Source of the DNA: Xylographa opegraphella
Lineage: Eukaryota
Assembly (NCBI GenBank): GCA_022813865.1
Contig: JALDZX010000071.1
Span: forward strand, 1 to 64,000
Direction: 5' to 3'
Length of the DNA stretch: 64,000 nucleotides
Part shown: positions 39,311 through 52,823 of the stretch, one piece after another
Layout: each line of letters opens with the position of its first letter
Numbering within the stretch: the first letter of the stretch is position 1
Program-made: the position numbers and the translations under genes
The notes under the pieces: generated by a model
Database searches by the model: none
Seen by the model: the letters and a program-made list of their open reading frames with translations, nothing else
Told to the model about the DNA's origin: nothing

Positions 39311-39902
39311 TATAGGAGCTGCTCAACCTCAGACAATGAAGGCTCCTCTGGTGCACTCTCGTATAGTCCGGTATCATGCTTCGAAACCAGGTTGTCGTCT
39401 CCCCGGTCTCTATGATGTGATGGAATCCTGAGTATGTAAGAGGGCCAACAAAACAGAAGAGTGGCGAGGCGAGAAGCGCCATCATAGATGATGTCGGACT
39501 ACAGCTTCCTCCTTGAGATGGATGTGAAACATTTGATAGCGGACAGATCCAATCAGGTTAGGGGCGGGCCGCAAAGCTTGGCTTGGATCTCCCGTGGTTG
39601 CAAGATAGCCCGACTCCTGAGGCTTGACCAATGAAATATTAAGCGCAATATGGCTGGCCTAGAGAGATACCTTAGGTAGTACGCAGTTGCTACTTGACGT
39701 AGTAAAGAACATGTTTGCCAATTCCTCGAGGCGTTAGTGAGGAATCCTTCTTTGTTCGGTGCAGGTTTCTGGTCAAGTCACTACAGTTGTGCGCATGGTA
39801 CGCTGCGTCCTAGAATATTATCATCGATCAAGAAGTATTGGCTGATAAGCTTGATTTGCGAGCCACACGGACGCCTTGACATAAACAGCTATTCACGATG
39901 TG

Positions 39903-41658
39903 CTAAGGCATTTTCCAAGCCTTCAGGACCGTGTCCACGCGCTGCAGTCCAGTCTCTAGGAGATTGGACGGCATGGAGAACGTAAGCCGATACCAACCAT
40001 TTCTCTCGGCAAAGAAGGAGTTCCCGCTCGCAATGTATACGCCCTCCCGGATGAGCTGCTCTTGGAATTGCGCATCTAGCTGGTTTCCTTTCTTCGTCGC
40101 TCTCGCGATCTGGCTTATCTCTCCATTTTCCAGAGTCAAATTTTCTATCATTTCTTCGCTACTGGCCTCCCTATCAATACCTAATATCCTCGAGAAATCC
40201 GCCCAAATGAAGAATCCAGCATTGCCTCCACGAGCATATTCAATTCCTCGTTGGTCGAGCCAGCTTATCACTCGCGCATAGCCTTCGCCTAGTCGTTTTT
40301 GGTTTTCTGAAACATAGTATTGAACAAAAGACTTGTCCTCCAGAAGCGTGGTCCATAGATTGTCGACAGTTGAACTGCACCAGTTGAAGACTGCAACAGA
40401 CTTGATAGAACGCATCAGGTCGACGTTATATTGCGAGACCAGGACACCGACACGGAATCCGTTGGACGAGAAATCCTTGGACATGCCGTAGACAAGATGT
40501 ACCAGCGTTGGATCTATCAGGCCTTGAAGGTCGATGGAAAGTACAGAGACAAATGGCTGCGAGGTAGCGTTCGTGGGTGTGGAGAACGTTGAAAGGGCAT
40601 ATACCTCGTCAGAGATAAAGTGAATTTGATGCTTTTGGCAAAATCGCAGGTAGGCTTTGATCGTAGCCGCGGACTTCCTTGTTATTAACTCTGTATGATA
40701 CAATGCTCAGAAGAGATTGAGGATTTACATAGCACTTTCCTAATGGATTATGTGGGCTGTGAGAACAATCCAGTCAATCCAACTAAATTCGGGAGATATC
40801 CAGCCCTTCTCGTCTGGCCTTGGCAAAACTCACTTGCAGAATATCACACCTCGTACATTGACTCCTTTCTCGTCTAGCCTTTCAAATTCCGCCTCAAAGC
40901 ACTCCACCATTCCTTCCCCCATGGGATCCACGACCCTTTCGTCCCCACAGCTCACAGGTAGTAGCTTCACCTTGCTCCTTGCATCCAAGTCGGCATGAAA
41001 GCCTGTGTATAGGGGTCTACCGATCAGAAAGCCATCATTCGAATCGGCCGTGGCAAAGGCAATAAGATCAATAACAGCAGAAACCCCACTTGCCACAATC
41101 ATCTGGGCGGGCTCCACGGAGCGGAATGGTTTGAAGTGGTCATTAAAAAGATTGGCAAGGGCAGAACGTAGCGCAGGAGAGCCCCAGGGGCCTGAGCCAT
41201 AAGTAAAATGTGCGGGCTGAATAGGAACTTTGCTAAAGTACTCTGCTAACTTAGTGTGAAAGAGTGAATTCTCTGCAACTCCAAGGGAGATACTGAACAC
41301 GGGTCAGCGTTTACATGTACAAGAGAGTCTACCGGAGCGGTTAGAGGCTGCATCCAAATCTCGTCCGCCATGATTTAAGTCTCTCAAACAGCGGTAGCTA
41401 GCTGACTCGTATGGTAGGCAGCCAGGTAACAAGAAAGCCTTGATATATAGATAACGTACATTCCGTTAGGGTTAGATTCCGTGTAGACATTGCCTAGCAC
41501 CTGTTCCAGTGAGTTTTCTCGACCACATCTATATTCTACCTAGAAGATTGATTTACCTGGACCAGCGCCTCCCACTTCTTGCCAGCTTCGACATTCGCTT
41601 CCCCTCGAATAGAAAGGTTTGAGCCTGCATTTGTTGTGGAGCCATTAACCGACGACAT
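39903..41658 (-). CDS. PLP-dependent class I/II aminotransferase, ACC-synthase-like (5 exons)
   Basis: Spliced NPNGIISLGVAEN, NPHNPLGKCY, ISDEVYALS, YGMSKDFSSNGFRVG (PLP lysine) and GWYRLTFS. Confidence 0.88.
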
Positions 41659-42957
41659 TAGAATCTAGTTCGGTGTGAGATCTTCGCGATCAAAATAAGA
41701 AATAATCAGGGAAAGCGTGATTATAAGGCGGTTCAATCGAAAGGCGATCAAGGTTTGTACTATACCGAGTATTCAAAATTCAGCAGTAACGGAGTCCAGT
41801 AGGAGTAAACTGGGTAAGATTCGAGATATCTCTACAGGAAAGACAAGTCTTAGGGTAGGAAAGCCGCATTGCTGTAAGCGCTGCGCTACAATGGTAGCTT
41901 TATCATTGCCCTACTCGAAAGTCATTGATAAGAGATTGTGGTGTTCAGAAGCTCCGCAGCCTGCCCCATCATTCCAACAGTTGCAGCTCAACCACAGTAG
42001 TCCACGGCAGAGCCAGCACTGCTGCCCAACCAAGTCCGCAGCCATTGCTAAGGTATGCTTTCAAGCACGTTCAGCATAGCATCCTTGTTTACTAGATCAA
42101 TATCATCTTGTCCTGCAAGACCACATTCTCCTTGGTATGAGGATCAGGAAATGGCTTGTAAGGCTCCAGCTAACAGGAACCCTGTTCATCGGCTCCTATT
42201 CGTTGCTCAGCTCAGACTGGAGGAGCCTCTTTCTGAACATCCACTGTCCAATCTGCCCATGATGCTTCCTAGATATGTTCGACACATTCGCACTCTGCAG
42301 CGCCTCGTTTAAGCCTTGAAGAAAACTTTCGCCAACATAGTATTCAGAGGCAGCATGCCGTCTAGGCATGCGAGATTAAGAAACGCCAGGATTCTAAAGT
42401 AAGGGATCCTAACGTGCTAGAGAAGACCATATCGCAGCTCTTCAACTCGACGACAATGGTGCGTTTGGCAATGATGAGTTTGGCATTGTTGTAACTGAAA
42501 ACCTGCAAGACAATGGTCCGCGTATTTATTGCCCCGTCCCATAAGTTGTGACTGGACCGTACTCCACATGAATCTACAGTACCAACCACATCTGTCCATA
42601 TCACTCTCAAACCAGCCCGCTCTCGTTGACTGAACATACTTCCGCGCTACCACCATTCCATCTCTCACATCTCACAGCCTGAGCTAGCGTTTGACAGATC
42701 GTCCGTTGGCCACGAAGTGTGAATTTGTTGGAATCGTATGTACGGGAAATCGTACAGAACATTACTGCATTCTTCCATATTTACAAGTCTATCTATCTGG
42801 CTTCCGTACACACGGTCCCCCATCCCATACACCCAACCGTACTCCATAACCATCCCATCCACCCCAACCGACCATCTATCCCCAGCGTCCCAGACCAGCG
42901 CGCTCTCACAACCCAGAACAGACTTCCGACCTACCACCACATGGTTCTCCCTCCCCA

Positions 42958-44234
42958 CTACCCCTTCTCCCTGACCCTCCGCCTCACCTCCCGCACCCAC
43001 GCCGCCAACACATCCCTGACGCTCCCCCTCCTCACCCACGCCACCACCCCGACCACGACCACGACATCTACCAACACATGCCTCACGACAGCCCACAGCA
43101 GCCACGTCACAAACGCCCACCAGCCCCTCTTCCGCCTCCCCCCACCCAGCACCTCGCCCCACCCCCTCCGCGCCTCCACCCCCTCCCTCAGCGCCGCCAC
43201 CTCCGCCCCCAGCTGCACGACCGCGCGCTCCATCCTCACCCGCCATTTCCGGTTCCTCACATCGTAATCCGCGTTCCCGCCACTGGGGCGGCGCTCATAC
43301 GTGGAGACCTTCAAATCATCCGCCCTATCGAAGCGGTCACCCTCATCCTCCCGCTCCGCCGACTCTAGCGATGCGTCGTCGCCGGAGCTGATGGGGCGGA
43401 GGAGGCGCATGCCGGGTCTTTGGGGCGAGGGTTCTTCGGGGTGGGTGGTGGGGTAGGCGGGCTGGGAGGGGTGCGAGTCGTCCGAGCTGGAGGCTTCGTT
43501 GGCGCGGATCTGGTCCCACACGAATTCGAGCTCGGCGACTAGGGCGCGCGCTTCGGGCGTCGAGGAAGCGTATGTGTGCATGGTCTTGATGAGGGTGCTG
43601 ATGTAGCGTCGCTTGGCGGTGGTGCGGGAGAGGCCGTGTTGCGCAGACCAGGCGTCCCTGAGAGGAGAGGGTGGTCAGTCGAGGCGGGGATGAGGGAGTG
43701 GGGAAAGGGAGAGGATTATGAAGGAGATGATGAGACCGGCGGTTGCTGAAATGTGGTACGGGGCTCGATGACGATCGCTCGCCGGTCTTGTGATTCTCTC
43801 CTGTTGGACCTGGAAGGCGTCTGATGACCATGCAAGACTCACCACTTCTCTACCTCGCCGGTCCCGCGCTCGCCTTCCTCTTCCGGCCGTGCCATCACGC
43901 CCGCCACATCCCCCTCCATGCTTTGCTTGTAGAGGCCATAAAGCTTCAGACGCTCGGCGGAGGGGGGCCGCGCCGAGCCGGTGCGGGGGATCTTCTTAAC
44001 AGTATTCAAGGCGTGGACGAAAACGCGGTCTGGTGTACGGTGGTAGAGTCAGCGCCTGAGCATTTGAACTGATGAGTGGAGTAGAAAAGGGGGTTTCTTG
44101 AATGCGAGCCGTGGTAAGGGGGGGCAAAGTTCGACAGCCAGGAGGAAGTATAACTGGAGAGCAGAACGAGAGGATTTGCCAGAAGCTGAAGAGGCTGGAG
44201 GGAATAGGTTGAACATACCCACGGAGTCGGACAT
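42958..44234 (-). CDS. Acyl-CoA-binding domain protein with C-terminal coiled coil and TM (Atg37/ACBD5-like architecture), 3 exons
   Basis: MSDSVDRVFVHALNTVKKIP...ERLKLYGLYKQSMEGDV...EKWDAW..QHGLSRTTAKRRYI. Confidence 0.85.
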
Positions 44235-44842
44235 ATCTGACGCGAATAGGGGACGATAAGTTACGACGGGAGGTTGGTGGACTGGAGCTGTTCGCTGAAG
44301 TCGAATACCGGTGGTCTACGGAAGAGACAACAAAGAGCCCATCTTGGGGTCAGGAGGTCAATTGGCGGTTTCTGACATGCGTGAAATGGCCGAGCGCATA
44401 CGGTTGCTGATGTGTTTGCGTGAGATTGGTGTCGTACTGAGAGCCTAGGCCGAGGCTCGATAGGCGTAGGGCTGAAGATGGTGGTCCCCGATACTCCGCA
44501 CAGCGGTTAGGGAACAAAGGACATTTATTATACGAGGTAGATACTGCTAAGATAGGAATTCGATGGCCTTTAATGGTATCCTAGGCATTCTCCGATACTT
44601 TCATCTTGTCTTCAACACGATGGGGAATGAATGGACACTAGATAATGGCAATAACGGACCTATGTAGTGATTTGTTGCACAACTTTCTCCTATGACATCC
44701 TGATACATATCTGAACTCCGAGTCAGTTTCGAATTTTGCCAGTTCCTGCCTCCCCAGTCAAGTTTCCAACGACGCCTCGGACTCATTTACCCGTTTCTTC
44801 CCCACGGCCATGCATATCCATTCCCTCGCCACCCTCATTTAC

Positions 44843-45652
44843 TTACTCCCCATTCCCATTCTGCCCATTTTCTGCATGCTCCTCGCCATCGACCTCCTCC
44901 TGCGACGCTGCATGACTCATATTACTCTCCCCGTCCATCACTGCGCTGAAGCCCACCTTCCCCTCCGCTCTTCCTCTCTCCAAACTCACATCCCTTGCAT
45001 CTGGCACACTACGTCCCTCCAAATGCCATTCCTGGATACTTCTAATGATATCCACCGCCAGCTGTCCATTCTTCCTAAGGGCTTTGTCCCAATGCGGCGG
45101 GATCCGTTCGCTAAGGGTGAGGTACCGCGCGACAGCCCCCACCATCATCTCTCGCATTGGGTTATCCTCATCCGTATTTGAGTAGATGTACTGAACCCTT
45201 CTCAAGCCAGGGTAGGTCTCGTTGTTGTGGTACCATGCGCGGACAGTCTCGACGACGTCCGCGCCTAAAGCTTCCATTTCGAAGCGGGTGGAAAGAAGAT
45301 ACAGGTCAAGAAGGGGGCCGATGTCACTCTCGGAGTCAGGATAGCGGAGAGCTCGGGAATAGAGCCAGCCGACAAAGAGCTCGAAGGGGCCATCTTCGAT
45401 ATCTGGGATTCCGAAAGCCTTGGTAGATGAGGCTTTCTTGTCCTTCCCGTAGAAGGTGTGAGCGAAAAATGGAGAGTAATAGCAGAGTAGCTTCTCGTGG
45501 AGAATCCAGTGTGTGGAATCGGGGCCGACATAGATATCGACGAGGGAGCGGGAGAGGAGTCTGGGATTCCGTCAGCAGGAGATTCCCATAGATTCAAGGA
45601 GGACGCGACAGAGCACTCACTCATGAAGAGGTTTTTCTGCCTTTTCTGACAT
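44843..45652 (-). CDS. BTB/POZ domain protein (2 exons)
   Basis: LVDIYVG...WILHEKLLCYYSPFF...PFELFVGWLYS...LLDLYLLS. Confidence 0.8.
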
Positions 45653-46608
45653 GATGAAAGGAGTCGGGCTGAAGATTGAGTCGTTCTAATGGGAACAGCT
45701 TATCAAGATGTGCAACAAAACAGGCTCGGCGATTGCTTAGTACGAGAGGTAATCAAGGTCAGTTGAGGAACGAAAGTCGCGAGATATGCAGGCTATTAAA
45801 ATCACAATATCACGAAGTTAAGAAGTGGCTGGAGACAGCTCCTTTTGTGGCACTCCAATGGTCAAGGAGGTTGGGGTCCAGTGGGATCTTGGTTGCGTAT
45901 GACGATGGTGGACCGACAGGGATTGCGAAAACAAGTTTGCGACAACCAAGCCGCGACAGGGGGCATCAATAGCAGCTATATATAATCGGGATAGCCAGTG
46001 TTTCAGGTTCTCTTAATCACGTGGAGACGAACGAACTTTGGCTGCTCAAATGGATTGGATGATGCTTTTGACGTACGGAGTAGATGTGAAATACAATAAA
46101 AGTATTCTGTTCAACAGAGAGAGAAAAAGTATATTCTCGAGAGATACATAAGTCGTTACCTATCTTGAAACTTTACCGACAATATGAATCTGGTTCTGGA
46201 ATATTAACTCTATGCAAATCCTTGTATGCTTGAGGTCTGGTTCAATCAGTTAGGTAAGTTTTCGAACAAAACGATCATGACAAATGAACTAAGTGGGCGA
46301 AATTGTCTAGTACAGCGCATATCAACAACTTCACAAGATGTATATAGATTCTGAAATAAGGTCAACATGGTAACCAATGCCACTCTACTTCTCCGTGCGG
46401 AGATAATCAACAATACCCTTATCCCCGCATCATGACGTGGGTAAACACGCTCATCACTTCTACGTAATCCGTAGACTGCGAGTATGGTACCCAACCGAGC
46501 GTGCATATCAGACTTCATACCAGCACAGTATAACTCCAATTCCTCCAAAACTCACCAGCTATCGTAAATCACGTATCTATATCCCCCAGAACAATAACTA
46601 CAGGCAAG

Positions 46609-47814
46609 ATGCCCCGTGTCTTCCTCGTAACCGGCTGCTCCACCGGCTTTGGCAAATACCTCGTAGAGCACATCCTAGAAGCGGGCGACATCGCCGTTGC
46701 GACCGCCCGGAACCCGTTCGTAGCTGCTCACCGAAGTTTCGTTTTGGGTAGATACTGATCGTTCCCCAGATCTGCTCTCTCCTTCCCGAACACTACTCCG
46801 CAGAACTACCTCGCTTTGAAGCTCGACGTCACGGAGCAGTCCGATATTGACAATGCTTTCAAGACTATAATTGAGAAGTTCGGAAAGGTGGATGTGGTTG
46901 TGAACAATGCTGGGTAAGGCTGAATGGATAGACTTGGAAGCAGAAGGCCTTCGTCTAATACTTACGGATTCTATGTAGGTATGGTCTCTCCGGACCGTTT
47001 GAGGAGTTGAGCGAGAAGCAGGTAGGATGGTTCTTCGCTCACGAAACTCACAGGCTGAAAACAGTATGTAGGTCAGGCAGCAGATGGAGGTCAACTTCTT
47101 CGGATTGATTGCTGTGACGAAGAAGGCGATGGAAGTCATGAGAGAGCATGGTGGTGGCCTGATCCAGCAGGTGACGAGTATTGGTGGCCAACGAGGCGTG
47201 CCGATGTTCAGTATCTACTGCGCAAGCAAGGTGAGTACCCCAACCATCTTCAAGATATAGCCAGCGAGAAGTCAAGTCTGGTAGGAAGTTAGACCTGCAA
47301 GATTTTACACTAACACATATGCAGTGGGCCGTGGAAGGGTTCACAGAAGCTGTTTCGCAGGAGGTGAAGCCGGAGTGGAATATTCATTTCACATGTATTG
47401 AGCCCGGAGGGTTCAGGTGCGAAAGAAGTCAAGTCCCGCTGGTCATAATCCGAATGCTAATACGTGTAATGGGTAACAGAACGGATTGGGCAGGACGCAG
47501 CATGGCGTTTGCTGACGAAAGACACCCTGCGTATGATCATATTAACGCGAAAGAGGCCATGGGGAAGCGCAATGGAAACCAAGCTGGCGATCCCGTAAAA
47601 GGCGCTCGTGCTATGTACGAGCTTGCTGTGATGAAGGACCCGCCGTTGCGGGTCGTCATCGGAAGTGATGCCTATCAGGTAAAGTTCTCGGGCTTTTCTG
47701 AGTAGCCAGCGCTGATGTCTTGAATAGGGAGTCATGACTAAACTCGAAACTTATAAGGCGAATTACACAAAATATGAAAAGCTTTCTAACAGTACGGATG
47801 TGGAGGACAAGTGA
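46609..47814 (+). CDS. Classical short-chain dehydrogenase/reductase (7 exons)
   Basis: MPRVFLVTGCSTGFG, DVVVNNAG, catalytic YCASK and IEPGGFRT. Confidence 0.9.
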
Positions 47815-49428
47815 GGAAGATCGCGTCAGTCTTTGAGCGTTCGTCTGCTAGCAATTGGATATGATAATTCTAAAGTGTGCGCAGAATCCAAATAAGAGAC
47901 AATTCAGTTGTAGACGGCTTCTGAAGCTCCACAGTATCGTATGTGTCTTCAGACAAAGTGTAGTTCAATGGAGTCGTACTTCCAAGACGGGCGAAGGGAA
48001 TAATTGAAATCGGTCCTCTTACCGGAGGCACAATGTCAACAGTGTTACAAGGTGTATTCTTATGAGTCAGGCGAAAGGTCGTTTCCCTGATAAGTTGTAT
48101 AAAAGTAAGATATAGGACTTGAATCGTTGACAATGCTTGGTTGAAAGATGTTGAGACTTTCCGAGTCTACTCCACTCGGAGGGAACTGCCATTTGAGGGT
48201 TTTAATATCCCGTCCAAACTATCGTGATGACAAAATAGAGACGATTCGAAAGGTAGGCGCCAGGTAAAGTAAGACTGGAATTGAATTCAACAACAAGATC
48301 AGCCTTTGGGGAGGCACTTACTGGTCCATTCTTGTATACAATCTGGTCAACAGCCAAATTTGCACCCTTTATATGATGACGAATGTAAAGACTTGAGGAT
48401 CGCGCGAGAATGGTTATGGTTCCAGAGTATTGATATTATGGTCGCGTCGCAGAGAATTTGCTGTCGAATCACGCTCTTGCGTAAACATTTCTCTTCCGCT
48501 GGGAAGTTTGAGATATGAAAGAAGGGACAATATGCGAGAGGCCCATTGCTGGCCGTTGCAGGTATTGGATGCAGTTAGAGATCTTTTACAGACTTAGAAG
48601 CATTGCAGGTAGACAGACATGCAAACAAAGCAGATCAATCCTACTGACACTTGAAATGTATTGAACGATTTATCCAAGTCCGTCTCAAACGCTTCATAGA
48701 GACAACCGGTGCCCACGCGATCTACAAAGACAATACATTTTTGATCGCGACCTCTTCACGATGAAGATGACAAGTATGTCGCTGGCGTCGGGACGCAACG
48801 ACAACTATAGATAGAATCTGCGGGGAGACCAGAATTTGCAGCAGAAAGACGAGCTACCAAGCTCACCTTCAGAGCGTGCTTTGGAGTTCGTGGCTCAGAA
48901 TGAAGGTTATTGTGCTCCAGCGTGTCCTCTCCAGCAATATTAAGGGTAAGCTGGACCCAATGCAGCATTGCTCCAGTTCGATGAGTGTGATATTCCTCAG
49001 GCTTCAGGCACTGCAACTCGGAGGAGCGCTAATTACCGTGTTGACTGACCGGAGTGATAGCTAAGGAGGAGCCAGGTCGGTGCCAAAGAAGGACGTCGCA
49101 AATTATGCTTCTCAAGAGCCAATTCAGAACCATATTGCGGAATACTTCCGACCGTAACATGACAAAGTCAAGAGTTGATATGAAGTCCAAGACCTCCCAC
49201 TTTCGGATAGCTCTCAACGTGCTAGCTCAGATGACGCTGATTGGTCGGAAATGATGGTCGCACCGCAACTCCCAGCTCATGCTCCAACCATGACATACCG
49301 CATGCACGTCTGAGCAAGTCTACCTTGGTGGAAGACGCACACTATAAAGATGGAGGACCGACCCAGTACTCCAGCTGCAGTGGCTACTTGCAACGCAGCT
49401 CTCGCTCCCATAACCATCTCTTTCCGTA

Positions 49429-51577
49429 ATGCCGTCGCCCTTCCGCAAGTCTTTGCCAGCTGCAGTGGCGGCTCCACTCTTATTGTTGGCCGCCCTCGCT
49501 GATGGACAACAAAGTCCTATGCCCGGATCATCATCCTATGTCGTTCCTGCCGGCTTTCCTTCCTCCATTTTCTCGTCATACTATGTGGCACCAGCTCCCA
49601 CGCAGGAACCGCAGCCGGCCATCTTCGATCCTGTCCTCAATCTGACATACCCGTTCAATCTGACCAACCCGAAGACCATTCCGACAGCTGATAATGACCC
49701 TGTCTTCTATCCTCCCGCCGTTGCCAATGTCTCCAATTCCACTGCGGCGGCTTTTGTTGAAACAGCCATCGCTCAGATTGTGGAAATTGTGGCGGGAAGC
49801 GGTGGAATCTCGGGCAACTGCTCGAAGTGTGTTGCGGCTTTGAGCATTGGCAAGGTTGTAGCTCAAGTAGTCCCCCAGAGTGTTCCAGCAGCTCTTGTTG
49901 CGCTCTGTCAAGCGACGAAGTTTGCTTCGAACTCTTCGTGTACGACCACATACTCGGCTGGTAGCTACGGGGCTATTTGGACACAGATTCTTGCATTGGC
50001 CGACGTCGGTGGCCAGGACGGGCTTTATATCTGCAACTCTCTGTCCAGCACATTCTGTCCGGCCCCGACCACCATTCTTTACAATGGCACAAGTCTATTT
50101 CCCAAGCCAAAACCGGCAAATGCTACAGCGCCTGCTGCAAGTGGACAGCGAGTGAAAGTCTTACATCTATCCGATTTTCACTTGGATCCGAGGTATTATG
50201 CGACTGCTGAGGCCAATTGCACCTCCGGTCTGTGCTGCCGAACCAATGTTGTCAATTCAGCGGAACCGAACGGATCGATATCCCTTCCAGCGCCATTGTA
50301 CGGAGCCTATAAATGTGATACTCCATATGATCTTGGTACTGCCGCACTTGAAGCCATAGGCCCATTGACCGGGGTGACCGGGAATGAATCCTTTGCCTGG
50401 ACAGTCTATACAGGTGATCTGGTCTCACACGATTCTCAAAACCAGCTCTCCCGCGCATACGTCGAATACACAGAGACAAGTGTCTATAGCATGTTCAAGG
50501 ATTTTATCAACGGTCCTGTGTTTCCTGTGCTAGGTAACCATGATACAAACCCTGAGGCTATTGATGGGCCACATTCTCTCCCCGGACCACTGGGACAGCA
50601 GTTCAGCTGGAACTATAATCATGTCTCGTCACTATGGCAGAACAATGGTTGGATAGATGCGGCGGCGGCCAACGAGGCAAAGCTCAACTATGCAGCATAT
50701 TCCATCAAGAATCAATACGGCTTGAGAATCATCACCCTGAATACCGATTTTTGGTATAAGAGCAACTATCTCAACTTTATCAATACCACAGATCCGAACG
50801 CCTCAGGATTGTTCACATTTCTAGTCCAAGAGCTACAATCTGCGGAAGATGCAGGCGAAAGGGTATGGATCCTCGGCCATGTGCTTAGTGGGTGGGATGG
50901 ATCAAACCCTTTAGACAATCCAACCGACCTCTTCTACCAGATTGTAGACCGCTACTCACCTCACGTCATTGCTAACATATTCTTCGGCCACACGCACGAA
51001 GATCAAGTTATGATATTCTATGCCAACAATGGAACAGTCCAAAATTCTTCCACCGCTCTGACCTCGGGCTGGATCTGCCCCAGTGTCACGCCACTCACGA
51101 ATCTGAATAGCGGCTTTCGGATGTACGAGGTCGATACTGGATCTTTCGATGTCTATGAGGCATACACCTGGTATGCGGACGTGAACTCGTTCGAGACACT
51201 GAATACAGCTGCAAGCGGGCCGACATTCAAGTTCGAATACTCGACCCGCGAAGCGTATCCTGTTGGATGGCCCTCGGACGCTCCCCTCAATGCTACGTAC
51301 TGGCACGCCGTAACAGAGGCAATGGAGAAGAATCGGACTTTGATCGAGACATTCAACACGTTCCAGGGTAAGAGCTCCATCAAGACACCGAATTGCACCA
51401 ACGATGCTTGTGCGACCGCGAAGATCTGCTACATGAGGAGCGGAAGTGCGCCGCTTGGAAGGCAGTGCCCTCAAGGGTAAGCATACTTCTCTGATACGAC
51501 TGACAAACTCTTGCTGTTTGCTGATCGTTCTTCCTAGATACGGTTCTGTACAAAGCGCCTTCAAGCCGTCATCGTAA
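49429..51577 (+). CDS. Secreted acid sphingomyelinase-like metallophosphoesterase; intron 51477-51537
   Basis: Signal peptide, saposin-like Cys pattern and the motifs SDFHLD, TGDLVSHD, LGNHD and FFGHTH. Confidence 0.92.
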
Positions 51578-52127
51578 TTGAGCCCGCTTGGTGTTTTCTC
51601 TTGAGCCGTGAACGGTACCATGGCTAAACATATCTCAAGCACAAGCTCAGTACCTCTGTAAGGATAAACTAACGTTTGATGACTGAACGAAGTCACGCTG
51701 GGAAGCGCAAACATAGCATCTTTACTGGATTGTACATAGAAAACAGAGCTCTATATTAATCTCTACCATTTCATTATGGTACCATGCACCTTCGAGCTTT
51801 CATTAATGATCTATATGACCCGTACTTTCTTTTTGCAAAGTTGGCTGTCCAACGTTGATGTATGACCTCCGTTGAGTAATCCCAGTTCCTTAGCAAACTC
51901 ATCTCCTCTATCCCCTCTACATTTCACACTGCCTATTCCATCAGCATACACATGATAACCTCCGTATATCGATAGCAAATTCATCACACCCCCAAAATGT
52001 TAACGCCCAATATCAATGTGCCAAAGCAAAGCAAACCAAAAAAAAAAACATCACAACATACCACAGCCATCTACCCCTTTTTAGAAAACACGCACTTAAC
52101 CAGCCCACCCCACCGCCAAAAAAGCCC

Positions 52128-52296
52128 AAAAAAGTTCAGATACCCGAGGGTATCTTATGAAAACTAACTGTACTATAAGCCGATTTTGCTCTACGAAAGT
52201 GACCAGCGCGCAAGGCCGGGTTTCGAACCCAAGACCTATTGCGTGGTACGCGGTGCTCTATAGCAGCCACGCTTGAAACCATTGAGCTAAGCTCTC
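52128..52296 (-). ncRNA. Candidate Pol III transcript: degenerate tRNA-like head plus a structured 3' extension
   Basis: A box TAGCTCAATGG (52289-52279), B box GGTTCGAAACC (52229-52219), terminal hairpin (52138-52155) and T6 terminator (52133-52128). Confidence 0.55.
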
Positions 52297-52799
52297 CGAT
52301 TCGGTGAGGGGATTGGGTCTTATTTCGGGTATGAGCTTTGGGGGGGTGTTGATCTGAGATGGGGTGAGGGCTTGGGGGGGCAGGCTGCTTGCTTGCTTGC
52401 TGGAGAGGTTGTGAGTGTTTGCTAGTGTTCTGATCTCTCGCTCTCGCTCTCTCTATCGACAGCAATAGGGGTTGTTTCCATGACTTCTCATCCCATCCTC
52501 GGAAGCTGATGGACTACTCACTATACTCCCTACCTACCTTTTACCCAACATAGCGTCATACATCGCAGAACCACTCCGACACACTACCAACCCACCTACT
52601 CACCCACCCACCACCTCATCCACCCACCTCCACTGACCGAACTCTCGACGCAGGCCTGCCCTCCCAAATCCTATTTCCCATCCAACATCGCATCCCCATC
52701 GTCCCCCCCCCCTCCCTTGGTTAGGACTCAGCGACGCACGGCCCTCGCGTCTGCTGAAATGGCAGATACTGTAGCTAGATACTCTATCTAGAGACTCTA

Positions 52800-52823
52800 T
52801 CCATCCCATCCCATCCCATCCCA
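52800..52823 (+). repeat. (CCCAT)n microsatellite
   Basis: tccatcccatcccatcccatccca. Confidence 0.8.

Noticed and set aside
41466..41476. TTAGGGTTAG telomere-like or telomerase-template-like motif
   Set aside because: It lies in a coding exon (Ser-Asn-Pro-Asn codons) of the ACCS-like gene and is coincidental.
41900..42660. Possible degraded minus-strand gene between the ACCS-like and ACBP genes
   Set aside because: Only short broken frames, with no recognisable domain or consistent splice model.
37366..51577. Secondary-metabolite cluster (GH79, PLP enzyme, SDR, phosphoesterase)
   Set aside because: No PKS, NRPS or terpene backbone gene and no cluster regulator; the genes are interleaved with housekeeping genes.
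52170..52195. AGCAAAATCGGCTTATAG (minus strand) resembles the RNase P/MRP CR-V motif
   Set aside because: No matching CR-I/P4 partner is visible upstream and the unit is far too short.
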